This document shows, piece after piece, positions 25,501-38,305 of a stretch of 64,000 nt of DNA; positions within the stretch are counted from its first letter, which is position 1; every line of letters begins with the position of its first letter. Under the pieces are notes generated by a model that was not told the DNA's origin, did not search any database, and saw nothing but the letters and a program-made list of their open reading frames with translations. Position numbers and translations under genes: made by a program. The DNA comes from Sminthopsis crassicaudata (taxonomy: Eukaryota), in assembly GCF_048593235.1 (NCBI RefSeq), contig NC_133622.1, positions 56,482,001-56,546,000 on the forward strand, written 5' to 3'.

Positions 25501-28164
25501 AAAGTACTAATAGTTGATTTTCTGCTAAGAATATTGATATTTGTTGACCTAATAAAAAGCATTGAGAAGGCTGCTATCTTCCTGGAGTATGTAATGAAGG
25601 TATGATGGAGAATCTTACCAAGCCTTGACAAAACTCATAACTATTTTGTACTTCTATTGACTCAGATATGACATAAGGGAGCACTGAGTAAACTTAAATC
25701 ATAATGACTAAGAATGCTTTTATTTCTTGGTTTCGTTTTGTTTTGTTTTTATTTTTTCTTCTGGTAAGGGAATTGGGTACACCTAACAGAGACTAGAAAG
25801 GATGTTTTAAATTAGAGTTATGAAAATACAATCTAAAAAGATTTAATCTGGAAACAAAGAAAAATCACAAACTATATATTGCACCAGACTAGATATCATG
25901 GGGAGTACCCACATTAAGAGGACAAAAGTAATAGATCAGTAAAACTTCAAAGGAGACAAAATCCAAGAATAGAGACATCTCTAAAATCCATGACATCAGA
26001 TACACAACATGTGAATATGAATAAATGCACAAAGTTTGAGTAAGTAGTTAGTTGAACTAACTGTCGTAATCCAAGCAGAAAATTCAAAACAATAGAAATG
26101 ACTCAAAATAAAAATAACAAAAATGTATATCATATGCTATACATTTTTTTTGTTATTTTGAGTTTGACAACATCACAAAACATAAATATTGCCACATAAC
26201 AAGGAAAAATTCGATTGTAAATTGCAGACCTCCTTTCTGTCCAAATTATTGGAATTATATACATTATTTGAAAGGAACTGTATAAATAAAGGCAAAGGGG
26301 AGATATTAGAGCAGTATTTCATGTTAAGTAACAACCATAAGGGAATCTAGGTGCCAGTCAGGGAAACTATAAAGGAAAATTTAAGGGAAGATTACTGTGG
26401 GCATCTTTTAAAATAATAATATCATCATTAGATTATAATAGAAGACCTAGGACAGATATTTGAAAATGATGAGAAGTTTCAAAAACAGATCACAATCCTG
26501 ATATGAAGACATAGTAGAGTATTAATAAAGAATTTCAATTACATAAATATTCATTGGAATAGAACAAAGCAGAGCAACTAAAAGTAGTTTTACATGTCTT
26601 AATTATGATGGAACATTTGAAAAATGGAGGAACTATCTATTTTGGATCTGATTTCATCTATAAATGAAAACTATTTGTTGAGATTATTGCTAATCAGATG
26701 TTTATGGGAGAAATTATCATTTCAACTTACTTTTCAAAATAAAAATATGAGGAATAGTCTGATATGTTACCTAGATTCTGAGAAAACAAATTTTGAAGGA
26801 TTAAGAGAAATCATAGGTAGAAAATGCCATGGACTAAAATTCTCAGACTACGAAGGGATAAAGTTCTGAAGATTAAAAGAATAATGGTTTTGATTAAGAT
26901 GAAAAGAAAAGTGGATGCACAGGGTCACATATTGAAAAACATATGAAAAAGAAAAAATAATATGTGTATATGTGTATTTATATAATATGTAATTTTTGAT
27001 AAAATAAATAAACCATGTACAGAAGATGAAAGGAAGGGAAGGAAAATAAAGAATGAAAACAAAATTGTGGCATAGTCTTGAAGAATAGCATCATGAAACT
27101 AAGTTCATAAAGAGGTAGGCTCAGTAAGGATGGTTAAAACAAAGACATTTTTTGTGTGCCAGTTTTTATTTTTACTCATAGTGAGGAAACGACTGAAATC
27201 AAAGAAAATATTCTATGATTGCTCATTTTTGTACAGGACAATGAAAACCATTAATAGAAAGAAAGCCTTATTTTTTCTGCTTTTCTCAAAAAGCAAAATA
27301 AAATACAGAATAAAAATGGTTATTAGCTAGTTCATGCTGAAAATTAATAGTAAAATAGTAAAATAGTTTTTAATTTCTGTCAATAAAATCACATCATCAT
27401 GATAGGTTATTGAAAGAACTGGTTGATAAAATGTGCTAAACCAATGGAATGATTGGACAATGGAAGAAAAGCTATAAGAATGGAGAACAAATATCAAACT
27501 AAAACAGAGAAAGGAAGTGAATAGAGTCTACAAACCACAAGCCAGTGAGTTTGACTTTCAGTTTCATTCTAAAACATGTGCACATGTATTTAGTGGGATA
27601 GCTAGAAAAGGAAGCAATGATCACAGACCATCTGACTTCTTCAAGTATCAGTCACATTACACTAAATTATTTTTATTTTTAGATGACAACTAGACTGGTA
27701 GATCAAAAGATCTATACAGAGATAATGAAGATTTTTAGAAAAGCATTTGACAAGCCTTTTCATACTATCCTGTTACACATGATAGGAAAAAAGTGGACTA
27801 AACAATAAAACAGGAGAATTTAGAACTGAATGAGGCCGAGCCCAAAGAATGGTCTTTAATAATTCAATGTCAACTTGTTAGGATATCTCTCATAGAAAGC
27901 TCTAGCAATGCTTGATTCATGCTACCTTGTTCAAAGATTTGCTCAGAAATATTGATGGCATTCCTATTAAATTGTCAGATAAAGTTCAAAGAGATAACTA
28001 AAATTATAGATTGCAATGTTTGAATCAAAAACAGTATCTTGACAGGCTAGAGAACTGGAGCAAATTTAATAAAATTCTATTTCATGAAGCTAAATATAAG
28101 GTTAAGCACAAGTACAAGAAATAAGAGACATGTATTGAAAGGAGATTATTGATCATGAATGGGG

Positions 28165-28340
28165 AGCTGAAAGGGATCTTCGAGGCAATTGCTCGCAATG
28201 GATTAATTTTACAGATGAAGAGATGGAGGTTCAGAGAGGTTGGGTGACTTGATCATGTCACACAACTAGTAACTGCCTGAGGTGGGAATTGAACCTAAGT
28301 TCTCTTGCTTCTAAATCCAGTACCATATCCATTATAACAG
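28165..28340 (-). mobile_element. MIR nested in L3
   Basis: ttttacagatgaagagatggaggttcagagaggttgggtgacttg...gggaattgaacctaagttctcttg. Confidence 0.75.
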
Positions 28341-28814
28341 GAGGAGAAAGCGCTGAGAATTTTACTAGATTGCTGTTTAGCAGAGTTATATGGCAACCAA
28401 AAATGCTAATGACATCTGAGTTTTCAAAAATGAAGATCAAATTACCACTGGTATTTTCCCTGATAAATTCCCATCTACAATTTTATGATTGGTTTGAACA
28501 CCACACTCTATGGAGGACAAGCTAAACTAGAGATCATCCACATGACGTCCAATATTAAGTTTCTGGGGAGCTGAAAAAATAAAAAAAAATGATCATAAAT
28601 TGTGCAATAGCTGTCTTCATATATTTTATACATTGTCATATTAGAGAGGGATTGGATTTATTCTGCTTTGTGCCAAAGGGTAAAATGGGGAGCCACAGGT
28701 ACATGTTGCAGAGAGGTAGATTTAGATATAATGAAAAAAATATAAAAAAAATAATAGTGATAATGATAATAGAGTTATCCAAAAGTGAAATGGGATGCCT
28801 CAAGTGCATTGAAT

Positions 28815-29420
28815 ATTATTTTAATAGCCTTTTCCCTCAAATACATGGAAAGATTGTTTTCAACTTTAACCTTTGCAAAACTTTGTATTCCATAATTTTC
28901 TTTCCCCTTTACTCCTCCCTTTGACAGTAAACAATCCACTCTAAGTTAAACATATGTAATTCTTCTAAACATGTTTCCATATATGTCCCGCTAAGCAGAA
29001 AATATCGAATCAAAAGAGAAAAAAAAACATGAAAAAGGAAAATAAAAACAAAGCAAAGAAACATCAGCAACACCTAAAATAAGTGAAAATACTATGCTTT
29101 AATCCATCTTCTTTCTGGATAGTTATCTTTTTCAATGTGAATAGCTCTTTCCATACATCACAAGTCTATTGGAATTTCCCTGAATCACTTAATTGTTGAA
29201 AAGAGTCAAGTCCATTACCTTTGATCAACATATTATCTTGCAGTTGCTGTGTAAAATGTTCTCTTGGTTCTTCTACTCAGTTCATTTAGCATCAATTCAC
29301 ATAGGTGTTTACAGATCTTTTGGAAATGAGCCTGCTGATCATTTCTTAAAGAACAATAATATTCCATTACATTCATATACAATAACTTATTCAAGCCATT
29401 CCCCAGATGTGTGGATACTC
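28815..29420 (-). mobile_element. LINE-1 3' end nested in L3
   Basis: L1 3'UTR plus ORF2 end (gatcatttcttaaagaacaataatattccattacattcatatac); L3 resumes on its right. Confidence 0.82.
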
Positions 29421-30679
29421 TTTCACTAGCAATGTTAAACAGTCTGAATGAACTGCACTGTGGGCTGCAGACAAGTTTTTAGGTCTGGCTTGCTCTGGAT
29501 GACCTCCAAGTTCCCTTCCATTTCTGAGAGTATTTGATTCTGACTTGAAGTCCAGTGCTCCACAGACTGCTTCCTACTGGACCTTAGACTTTGGGATGAC
29601 CTGCTCTTTTCAGGAGCAACCCAAGGTGGCTTAAACCATTGAACTCCTTGAGAACTGACAAAGGCCCAAATCTAAATGGCTCTCTAAGAATATTACTATC
29701 AAAGGGAATCTCATCTGAATGTTCATTCTATTTCTTTCTGTGTGAACATTTCTTTCTGTTCTCTTTTTGTCTTTAGTCTTTTTTTCCTTTTGAATAAGAA
29801 CAAGTCTCTGATCCTTTCAGGGTAGAGTTAAAGGTTTGTCTCCTGATCTCTATTGTAATGATAAGGGCTGCTTTCACTTCTGATGAAACTTAGACCCATA
29901 ATTTATTTTCAAAGGAATTCTCTGAATTTGTGAGAAGCTCTTCTCTAAGTCTCATTAGTCCACGATTGTGTGCTAGTTCACCATGTCCTTATGGCATCCA
30001 GCCTCTTCAAAATTGTATTGTCTCTAGACCCAAAGAGTTTCTTAGATATAAATATTCTAAATGTGTATAAATAAATAATAGCCCATGCTTAGGAATAATT
30101 GATTATAATGGATCTTGTAAAGAAACAGTCTAGACAATTTCATGCATATAGAAGCAGCGTGGCCTTGTTGAGTTAGAACCCTATCAAAGCCTGCATTTTC
30201 ATTTCTAATGTCAAATTCCTATTCAGAAAGAATCAGTAGCATTTAAAGTCAATGTATTTTTTTTCACCTAAGTGTGTTTCCCAAGTATGAATTATCTTTC
30301 ACTTTTGCTATCATTCTTCCCAAGATGTTCTCATCAATTTAGGTGATCCTAAGACCAAGAACTTCTGAAATGCTAAGTATAAAGCATCCAAATCAGAAAA
30401 TCAATTGCTAGTTTGCATTTAACTCTCCACATCAATCCTGGCCTGCAAAATGATTCAAAATAAAAAGCTCCAGAGGGAATACTTCAAGGAAACATTTACT
30501 TTTTCCTTTGGACTTTGTGTTTCTATTAAACTACCACAACATATAAGATATCAATAATAGTGAAAGTGTACAAAAACTGGTCAAGATCATAATAGAAGAA
30601 GTAAAAAAAAAGTTTGGGAGCAAATCATTTTTATGAAGATAATTTTAATCTTAGCATTCACTGAAGAAGTTAATAATTT

Positions 30680-30850
30680 GAATTTATACAGAATGCCTTG
30701 AAGTTTACAAAGAACCTTATGGTAATGCTGTGAGATGAGTAATGCAAATATTGTTATCTCTACAACAAATCTATTCCATTACATAAGCATTTAGTAATAA
30801 GGCAGTTGAGTTCCACCCCAGTGTTTATTTTACTGCAGTAAGCTGTCTCC
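30680..30850 (-). mobile_element. MIR fragment
   Basis: gccttgaagtttacaaag...tgtgagatgagtaatgcaaatattgttatc. Confidence 0.5.
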
Positions 30851-31759
30851 ATATAGTCTTTCTTTTTCCTAGTTAACCATTATTCATTGCTTTTTACTAT
30901 CTAATAGAGACTGAGGAAGCTAAGAGGATAGTGGCCACATAAGTACTACTCTATTTATGAGCCTTTAACATTACCCATCAGGGAAAAAGAGCCTCGTAGG
31001 CCATATCATTAGGAGCAAAGAGCTTTGCCTCAGTACTTTTGGCCTCAACACATTATGTGCTTTCACGTTATTCCTGGAAAACAAATTCTGTTCTCCAATT
31101 TTCTACTTCTGAGCAAAAGCATTTGGCAAATTAAATTTGATGGTTTATGTCATGTTACTGGTACTTCGAAACACTGGAACTTATAAACCTTGATGTATAA
31201 AACTCATAAAAGTGATGTTGTATACTAAGAATACTATCTGATCAAACTTTACATTATCATTTGGGGATAGGGCTGGCCCTCTGTGAAACTTAAAACCAGG
31301 TCATTTGCCTTCAATCACAGGCCTTCCCGCTGACCTCTTTATTTCACTCTATTTAAAGGTCTCCACAAGCAACATAGCCTTTCTTGACAGAAAGCAGCCA
31401 AATGAAGGAATTAATTTAAAATAAGATAGTAGAGATAAAGGGATATTGCTTCCAGGCAGGCTTGCATTTTAAAATAAGAGGTTGCAGAGAGGTAGATGGC
31501 TAATCCAAATGGTGGGATTTCAACATCAAAAAAAGAGATGATTTTGGACAGTTTCGGTGCTATCTCTTGAATAACTAAGAAAAAAAGAGAGAGAGAAAGA
31601 GAAATGGCCCCTTGTTTTTATTACCTAAAAGACCATATACATCAATATCCAAAATCATCAATAATATTTTTAAATTTTATATTCATGTTAATTTTGTTTT
31701 TGATCGGGAGTCAGGAGTCATCAAATCTTGTTTCTCATATCATATCTTGTTTCTCAAAT

Positions 31760-31935
31760 CTCCCTCTGTTTTCATATGGGTCATGAGCTAAGAATATTTT
31801 GAATATGTTAAAATACACAAAATTATTGTGCTCAAAATATATATTTTTAAAAATCTTAGTTTGAAGACCATAAAAAACAGATGGAGGACCAAATTTGTCC
31901 CTTAAGTGAGAATATAATTTGTTAATCTCCCTACT
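31760..31935. mobile_element. MER58/MER45-like hAT-Charlie MITE
   Basis: gagctaagaatatttt...aaaaaacagatggaggaccaaatttgtccc...aatttgttaatctccc. Confidence 0.5.
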
Positions 31936-33319
31936 TTGCAATAATAACTTGTAACTACCATGTATTACTTATTTGCTAGAATCAAAAATTAAACATTTAA
32001 AATGTATTGAAGTATAAATAATACATTTCAAAAACGTATCTATCAATTACCCATAACATATATAGATGGATATATCGATGAGCAGATAGATAGAGTGTTT
32101 AAGTATAATGATTAAATGTATTATATTGTGTGTATAATTGTATATTATATGTATAAATGTATTATACTTGATCAATTAACTTTCAATTTACAACTTTTTC
32201 TACCAACCATTTGTCATACATGATTTGAAATTGACTTCCCCAAAACATTGATCAGTATTTTTGAATTCTTCATTATGAAAGTATTAATTGAGTCACTCTC
32301 AATAATTAGGGTACTTTTAACAAACAGTTGATATTCCAAATCTAACTTTGATTATGTCCCAGAATTTCAGTTGAATTTGAATTAGGCTACCTCCAAGGTA
32401 ACTGAAACATGTTTATATCTACCTTTTTGATAAATTTCTTAACTTTTAAGTCTATATACCTTTGTATATGGTAGTGTTGTAATATTTTATCTCCATTTGG
32501 GAATTTCTGCACTGCCAGAGTAAGTATTTCTCACTACATTGTTGTATTTTGTCAGATTCTCCATTCCTTTGATTTGAAGACAGAGTTCCAAAACTCATTC
32601 GAAGAAAATCTCAAAATATTTTAATGTATGTTTTATAATCTTATAATCTTTATAATCTTGGGTAAAAATGATAGTGAACCACATCTTAGTTCAGCATAAA
32701 AAAGCTCTGGTAATGTCAACTATTTGGAACAGAGAAGGGAATGCAATTCAATAAACATTTAACAGGTCTCTTCTGTGGGCAAGGCCCAAGAAGCTTAGAG
32801 TTCAAAAATTGTATATACTCTTAGGAAATTCAGCTCAATCACTTTACCAGTAAGATATTCTTTTGAGCTCTAACACAGAATTATTTATTTAACTCTCATT
32901 TTACATAAAGTTCAAACGTGCTTTTTTATGTAGTTTCCTAGCTCATAGCAGAATAAAAACAGTTATTCACAGGAGGTACAAGGACTGCAGCAATATGTGA
33001 TAGTTGGCAGTTTATTAGCAAGGAAGGAAAAGGAAAATACATGCTAGTACCACATAGAACACATCAGTCTAGAATCATTTAGTATTTTCATGCTTTTTTG
33101 CAAAAAGTATTTTAAGATACAAATGACCTCTGTGCTTTGTAAATTCTATCTAGTATTGTTATGGGCAAATAGCTTTATATTTGAATAGGTTCTGATGGAA
33201 TCAGTTTACTTCAATACAACAAAATGTGCTCATAATACTTCTCCAAATCAGGTGAATCTTAAAATCAGTTTTATCAAACCTCAATTTATGGGACCACATA
33301 TAATCTTTTCTATTATCAT

Positions 33320-33870
33320 CCTTTTACCTCTGTCTCACATAATAATACAGCACTTCTCCTGCCCAAAGCAAACCTCTCAAATTGGACAAAATATCCCATT
33401 CCATATTCTCTTTTCCAGAATGTTGTCCCCTCTGTATCTCCACTCTCTTGCTTTGTTCTCACATTGACTTCTAGAGGTTTTCCTGCTAACTACAAACATA
33501 CCCATCTCTGCACTATCTTAAGAACAAATAAGCAAATGAAAATACCACCCCCTTTAACCCTTAAATCATCATGAACTGCCATTCTTTTTTTTTTCTCTTT
33601 TGTGGTTAAACTATTTGATATAATGATGGGTCACTTCACTTTCTTTCCTTTTACTCTCCTATTATCTCTCTGCAGTTTGGCTTCTTCCTTCATCATTCAA
33701 CTGAAACCACTCCCTCAAAAGTTACAAATTTCTCCCTCTTTTCCTCTATTTTCTAAATTTTCTTGTTTCTTTTAAGTTGCAGTTAAAATTCCACCTTCTA
33801 AAAGAAAATTTTTCCTACTCCCACACATTAATTTTAGTGCCTTTCCTCTTTTGATTATTTCCAATGATAC
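33320..33870 (+). mobile_element. LINE-2 ORF2 and 3' fragments
   Basis: ctgcagtttggcttcttccttcatcattcaactgaaaccactccctcaaaagttacaaat encodes the LQSGF...HSTET..KVTN-like motif; gttaaaattccaccttct is an L2 3' motif. Confidence 0.72.
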
Positions 33871-34030
33871 TCACATGTATATGAATATACATATGTATAC
33901 ATATATTGTTTGAGTGTACATGTATAATGTGTAAATGTGAAAGCACATACATATATGCATGTTGTGTATATGTGAACATATGCAAACATATATATGTACA
34001 TATATTAGTACATTGTGTGCACATATAATC
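33870..34030. repeat. (TA/TG/CA) low-complexity tract
   Basis: Visible repeats; explains ORF 33815..34024. Confidence 0.85.
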
Positions 34031-34059
34031 TCAAAACTTATAAGCACTATTGTACATTA

Positions 34060-34225
34060 GTTGTTAGAATGCTTGACTTGAAATATGGAAAACTTGGGTT
34101 GAAATCTTGCTTCAGATGGCTATGATTATAAACTATGTAATTACAGGCAAACCACTTACTATATGTGAACCTCAGATTTTTCATTAGAAAAATCAACAAA
34201 CTGTATTAAATGCTCTCTAAGTTTC
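34060..34225 (+). mobile_element. MIR
   Basis: gacttgaaatatggaaaacttgggttgaaatcttg...ggcaaaccactt...cctcagatttttcatt. Confidence 0.6.
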
Positions 34226-34244
34226 CCTCCATGAGGAAATTAGG

Positions 34245-34500
34245 TGGAAAAGTAGATAGAGTTCGACATTTGGAATCAGAAAGAATCACCTTCACAAATT
34301 CAAATTTAGACTTGGACATTTACTAGCTATGTGAACCAGAACAAGTCACTTAACCCTGTTTACCTCAGTTTTCTCATTAGTATATGAGTTGGAGAAGAAA
34401 ATGATAAACCACTTTAGTATGTTTGCAAAGATAATACCAAATATAGTCAAGGAGAGGCAGATATGACTGAAAAAAAAAAAAACTTAACAGCAACAACATA
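34245..34500 (+). mobile_element. MAR1-like SINE
   Basis: CORE, then ttggagaagaaaatgataaaccactttagtatgtttgcaaaga...gatatgactgaaaa...aacagcaacaac (RTE tail). Confidence 0.78.
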
Positions 34501-34608
34501 AACAATAACAAGGTTTTTTCCAAACTCTATGAATAATCCTAAAATCTTTAAATATAATATATAGTTTGAACGTTATTCTATTTTATGACTTATAAAATAC
34601 TATTTGTG

Positions 34609-34609
<1 letters not shown>

Positions 34610-34654
<45 letters not shown>

Positions 34655-34660
34655 AAGAAA
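34610..34660. repeat. (GATA)n microsatellite
   Basis: gatagatagataga... Confidence 0.95.
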
Positions 34661-34739
34661 GATATTTAGTTCCTTGTGTCTTGGTGCCCCCACTCTTTTT
34701 GAATGTGAACAATCAGTTTAGAGAGGTTAAGTCTATAGT

Positions 34740-35810
34740 CAGTCCAACAATCTGCACCATATATTGCCTTCATCACTGTACTATTCTGTCAGTCTCTTCT
34801 CCTTACAATCACATACTCTATTAAATGCCAGTGTTTGCTGCAATGTTGCATCCATGATATTTCATTGCATTTAGATAAATGGGAGGTAGTGTTGGTGATG
34901 ACAAGGTCATGATTTCCACAAGTCTTCCCCACTATGTAACCATTGCCGTTGCTATTTCCAACTTTTCTTCCAAGGATACCCTGCCATATCTTGTATTCTA
35001 AGCCTACTCTGGCATAAATTTACTCAGAATTAGAAGTTTGTCTTCTTTAGACACAATAATGATAAGGATCTCCAAATATTTATAAATGTTTTCTTTGATC
35101 TCATCAGGGAACATAGGTACTGATGATGATGGAGTTTTATCATTTTCCTGCAATAGACAATAACGTTAAAATCCTGTCATTTAATCTTCTGGAGGAATAC
35201 AAGCTTTTTAGTAGACTACTAGATTAGTTTTGGTTGGGAAACCTCTGCCAACTTTATGGCACTCCCCTTNNNNNNNNNNNNNNNNNNNNNNNNNNNNNNN
35301 NNNNNNNNNNNNNNNNNNNNNNNNNNNNNNNNNNNNNNNNNNNNNNNNNNNNNNNNNNNNNNNNNNNNNNNNNNNNNNNNNNNNNNNNNNNNNNNNNNNN
35401 NNNNNNNNTAACCTGGCCTTTATTAGCCAGCTTTGTGTCTCTATAAGTTGCTGTGCTATTTGTATATGATACCTATTGACTTCTCTTGAAACAAGATATG
35501 TTCTCTATTGGAGTAAGTACATTTCATGTATTGATGGTGAATGGAAATAACTTTTCAGAAGTTTTAATACTTTTTGGGCACCTATTTGGACTATAGGATG
35601 GAATCCCCGCTTTCTGTGGTTATCAGGCAAGAATTGGGAAACAGACAACTTTTAGGATACCTTTTCTAGTCCGTTCCTTATACCCAAAGGTATACAGCAA
35701 AATCCTTTAAAAGGCTTTTCAGCCATCCAAGGGGCTGCTTCCAGTGAGAAGATGAAACTATGCCCTGAGCAGCCTGAGTGCAGTGTATCAACACTTGCTG
35801 CTTCATCCAT
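34740..35810 (-). mobile_element. RTE-type LINE 5' part (5'UTR and AP-endonuclease domain)
   Basis: Minus-strand translation ...PMFPDEIKENIYKYLEILIIIVSKEDKLLILSKF...; downstream TSWMxxxSKHWHLIEYVI matches the RTE EN motif (PDEVKEKFYEDL...KLIILGDFNA...SWMHPRSKHWHLIDYVI). Confidence 0.85.
35270..35408. other. Assembly gap (139 N) inside the RTE
   Basis: N run. Confidence 1.
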
Positions 35811-35849
35811 CATCTTAAGTTACATAGGTAGAATAGGTAGAAATGGTAA

Positions 35850-36290
35850 AATGGCAGGAGTGACATATTTTGATTCATGTGCAAACTGGATTAAAGTGAG
35901 ACAGAGTTGCATAAAGTTTATTTTCAAATCTCCTTCAAGTCATCACTGCTCATTGACAGGACAGAATCAAGATCTCTGGTGATGACTCAAGATACAATGA
36001 AATCAAACTTTAAATATTCCACAGCAGCTGCTTCAACTGCCTTCATAGCCAGTGTTACAACTTGCTCTCTTCTGCCTATTCTGTCACAAAAAGTCTTTTC
36101 AAGCTTGGGGTAGATACCCCCTTCCCCAATTAATCATAGATTTTGAGAACTCTCAGTCATTCTCAACCTGATTTAGTCATTCTGCCAAAACAGTTTACCT
36201 GGATATGACTGCTGTGCATACTATAATTTTTGGAGCCACAGGCCAGTGTTAGGTGGATCAGATGAACACCAAGAGTTCAGTAATTCTCAG
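35850..36290 (-). mobile_element. RTE-derived non-autonomous SINE (WALLSI/RTESINE-like)
   Basis: The minus strand reads ggggtatctaccccaagc...atgaaggcagttgaagcagctgctgtgga...caactctgtctcactttaatccagttt. Confidence 0.7.
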
Positions 36291-37544
36291 TTCTTGAATA
36301 TAGATTATACCTAAATATGTCACTTACAAGCCACTGAAACACAATGAGTATACGTGAATATATATTTTATATATATATTTAACTGATTTGTGCTGTATTT
36401 TCTTGTTAACATTATACATCTCAACAATCCTTCCAAATATGACCAAAAGAACATATATACTTTCCAAGCTAAATATATTTTACTAGTTTTCTGTAAGCAT
36501 TTTACAAGGAACTTAGAAATACAGACATTAAACCAATAAAAAGAGGGAAATACAGACAGCTTGATATTTATATAGCAGGTTGGGACTGCAAAGCTCACAC
36601 TTAGAAAAAATATTGTTTTGACTTGTAAACTGAGAAAAATAACTAGGGATGCCAGTAGCAGAAAATAAATATAGAATATCAAGATGTCACATTGTCATTG
36701 CTTGGACCATAATCACACTTGAAAATAGAACTTGAAGATAAAGAATTTTTGAAGACCATGTAAACTAATATAATACAAAACATAACCAGAGAAAAGGATT
36801 TTTATGTGGCATTGCTGAGCTTTGATCAGCATTAATGAACTCTACATGAAAGCATTGGAAGGAAGGAAAGGAATGATGAAAAATATATTTCTGGGGAAAT
36901 AATCATGTCAGACTGACATAGATATACACTGCTAACTAGAAGGAAATGAAATGGAATAACTAGAATGCCTAAAAATGCTTTTTTCTTAAAATTCTTAAAA
37001 TTATTTCTATTGCTGAAGAGAAAAAAAAAGAATCAATATATTCTGTTTCCCTTCCTTTTCATTATCATTATGTTTTTGAAAAGTTTCAAATGCAGAAAGA
37101 GATGAATTCTTCTCCCAGAATTCTTAGTGCACTGCAAAGAGAAACCTGTATCTCATCATCATATATCTCAGGTACTAATTCCTAGAAAGAAATGAGAAGG
37201 TACATTTAAAATGTCCAAGGTAAAATATTCTATCCTCTCCTTTTTCTTCTATAACAGCTTTCTCTTCAGAAAATCCTGCCTTTTATTCAGTTTAAATTCC
37301 TTCTACACCATTTTAACACCTTATATTGTTCTGGTCTCAGAGGATAAATAAAAAAGTGTCATCCTCCACATTCTAATCTTTCTGCACATCTTCAGACTCC
37401 TCTGACTTTATTCACTTGAATTTCGTTCTCAAGACAAATAACCCAATTACAAAGCAGGAGCTGGACAAGGCAATTGCTGCATCAGAAACTCAGTGAGCTC
37501 ATGCCATCAGCAACTTAAAGTTACAATGTACCTTCACAAAAAGA

Positions 37545-37725
37545 TACTTCTGATACCATGGAAAGAACAGTGAATTCATTCAGAGCCAGAAAACCTGCCT
37601 TCAAATCTTCCCTACATTTATAATTATGTGGAAGTCACTTAACTTCGCTGGCCTGCTATTGTATAGTAGGAGTAACAATGCTTGTGCTACATGTTACGTA
37701 GGCATTTTGTCAGTCATAAAGAGTT
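37545..37725 (+). mobile_element. MIR
   Basis: agagccagaaaacctgccttcaaatc...aagtcacttaacttc...gagtaacaatgcttg. Confidence 0.55.
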
Positions 37726-38305
37726 ATGTTCCTGATGGTGTTTTTTGATCAGGATTGATCTGGAAAGACTCCTAAATACTATGTTTAGGCACTTGGCAGG
37801 GAGTAGGAGTGAGAATAGGGATGAGGGGAGGAGGAGTAAGACTTGCTTGAGTCATTCCATTTTCATGGAAGCAGAAGACTCAAATGAGTGTTCCTCTGCC
37901 CCACTCTAGGATTTTTCAAGGATCTGCATTTTCTCCACATGGTACAGCAGCAAAACCACATGATATACTAAATACCTTCCCTCCTTGTTTTCATTTTATT
38001 TCATTATGCTATAAAAGTTATTAGTGACAAACTGCTGAATCCATTATCTTTCTAAATACGCGTGTACCATGTGGCTCAAGGGTCTCAAGAAAGGAATCCG
38101 ACCCTATTTAGACCCTAGCTTTAATCCTAGAAAGATTTACCCAAAAGAAAGAAAAAGTTTCATTTTGTTCTTGCTTTAACCTCATACTAGAGTAAAAGTC
38201 CAGAGAATCTAGAAAACAAACCTTTGATGTATTGCTCATGTTTAGGATGTCCCCAACATGTGAATAAAAGATATTCTTCTAGAAAAACTACTAGGTATAT
38301 ATTAT

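Larger units (their letters stand above)
25560..29545 (+). mobile_element. Long L3/CR1 LINE fossil (ORF2 EN to RT to 3' end), with nested MIR and L1
   Basis: ORF 26624..26869 (ILDLI...LDSEKTNFEGLREIIGR) matches CR1 ILDLILTN...LDFRKADFxxLRE. The RT motif appears as gatttttagaaaagcatttgacaag. The CR1 3' terminus ggatgacctccaagttcccttccatttctgagagtatttgattctg lies at ~29495-29545. Confidence 0.8.

Noticed and set aside
30268-30443. Segment with good minus-strand acceptor and donor signals
   Set aside because: All three frames contain stops.
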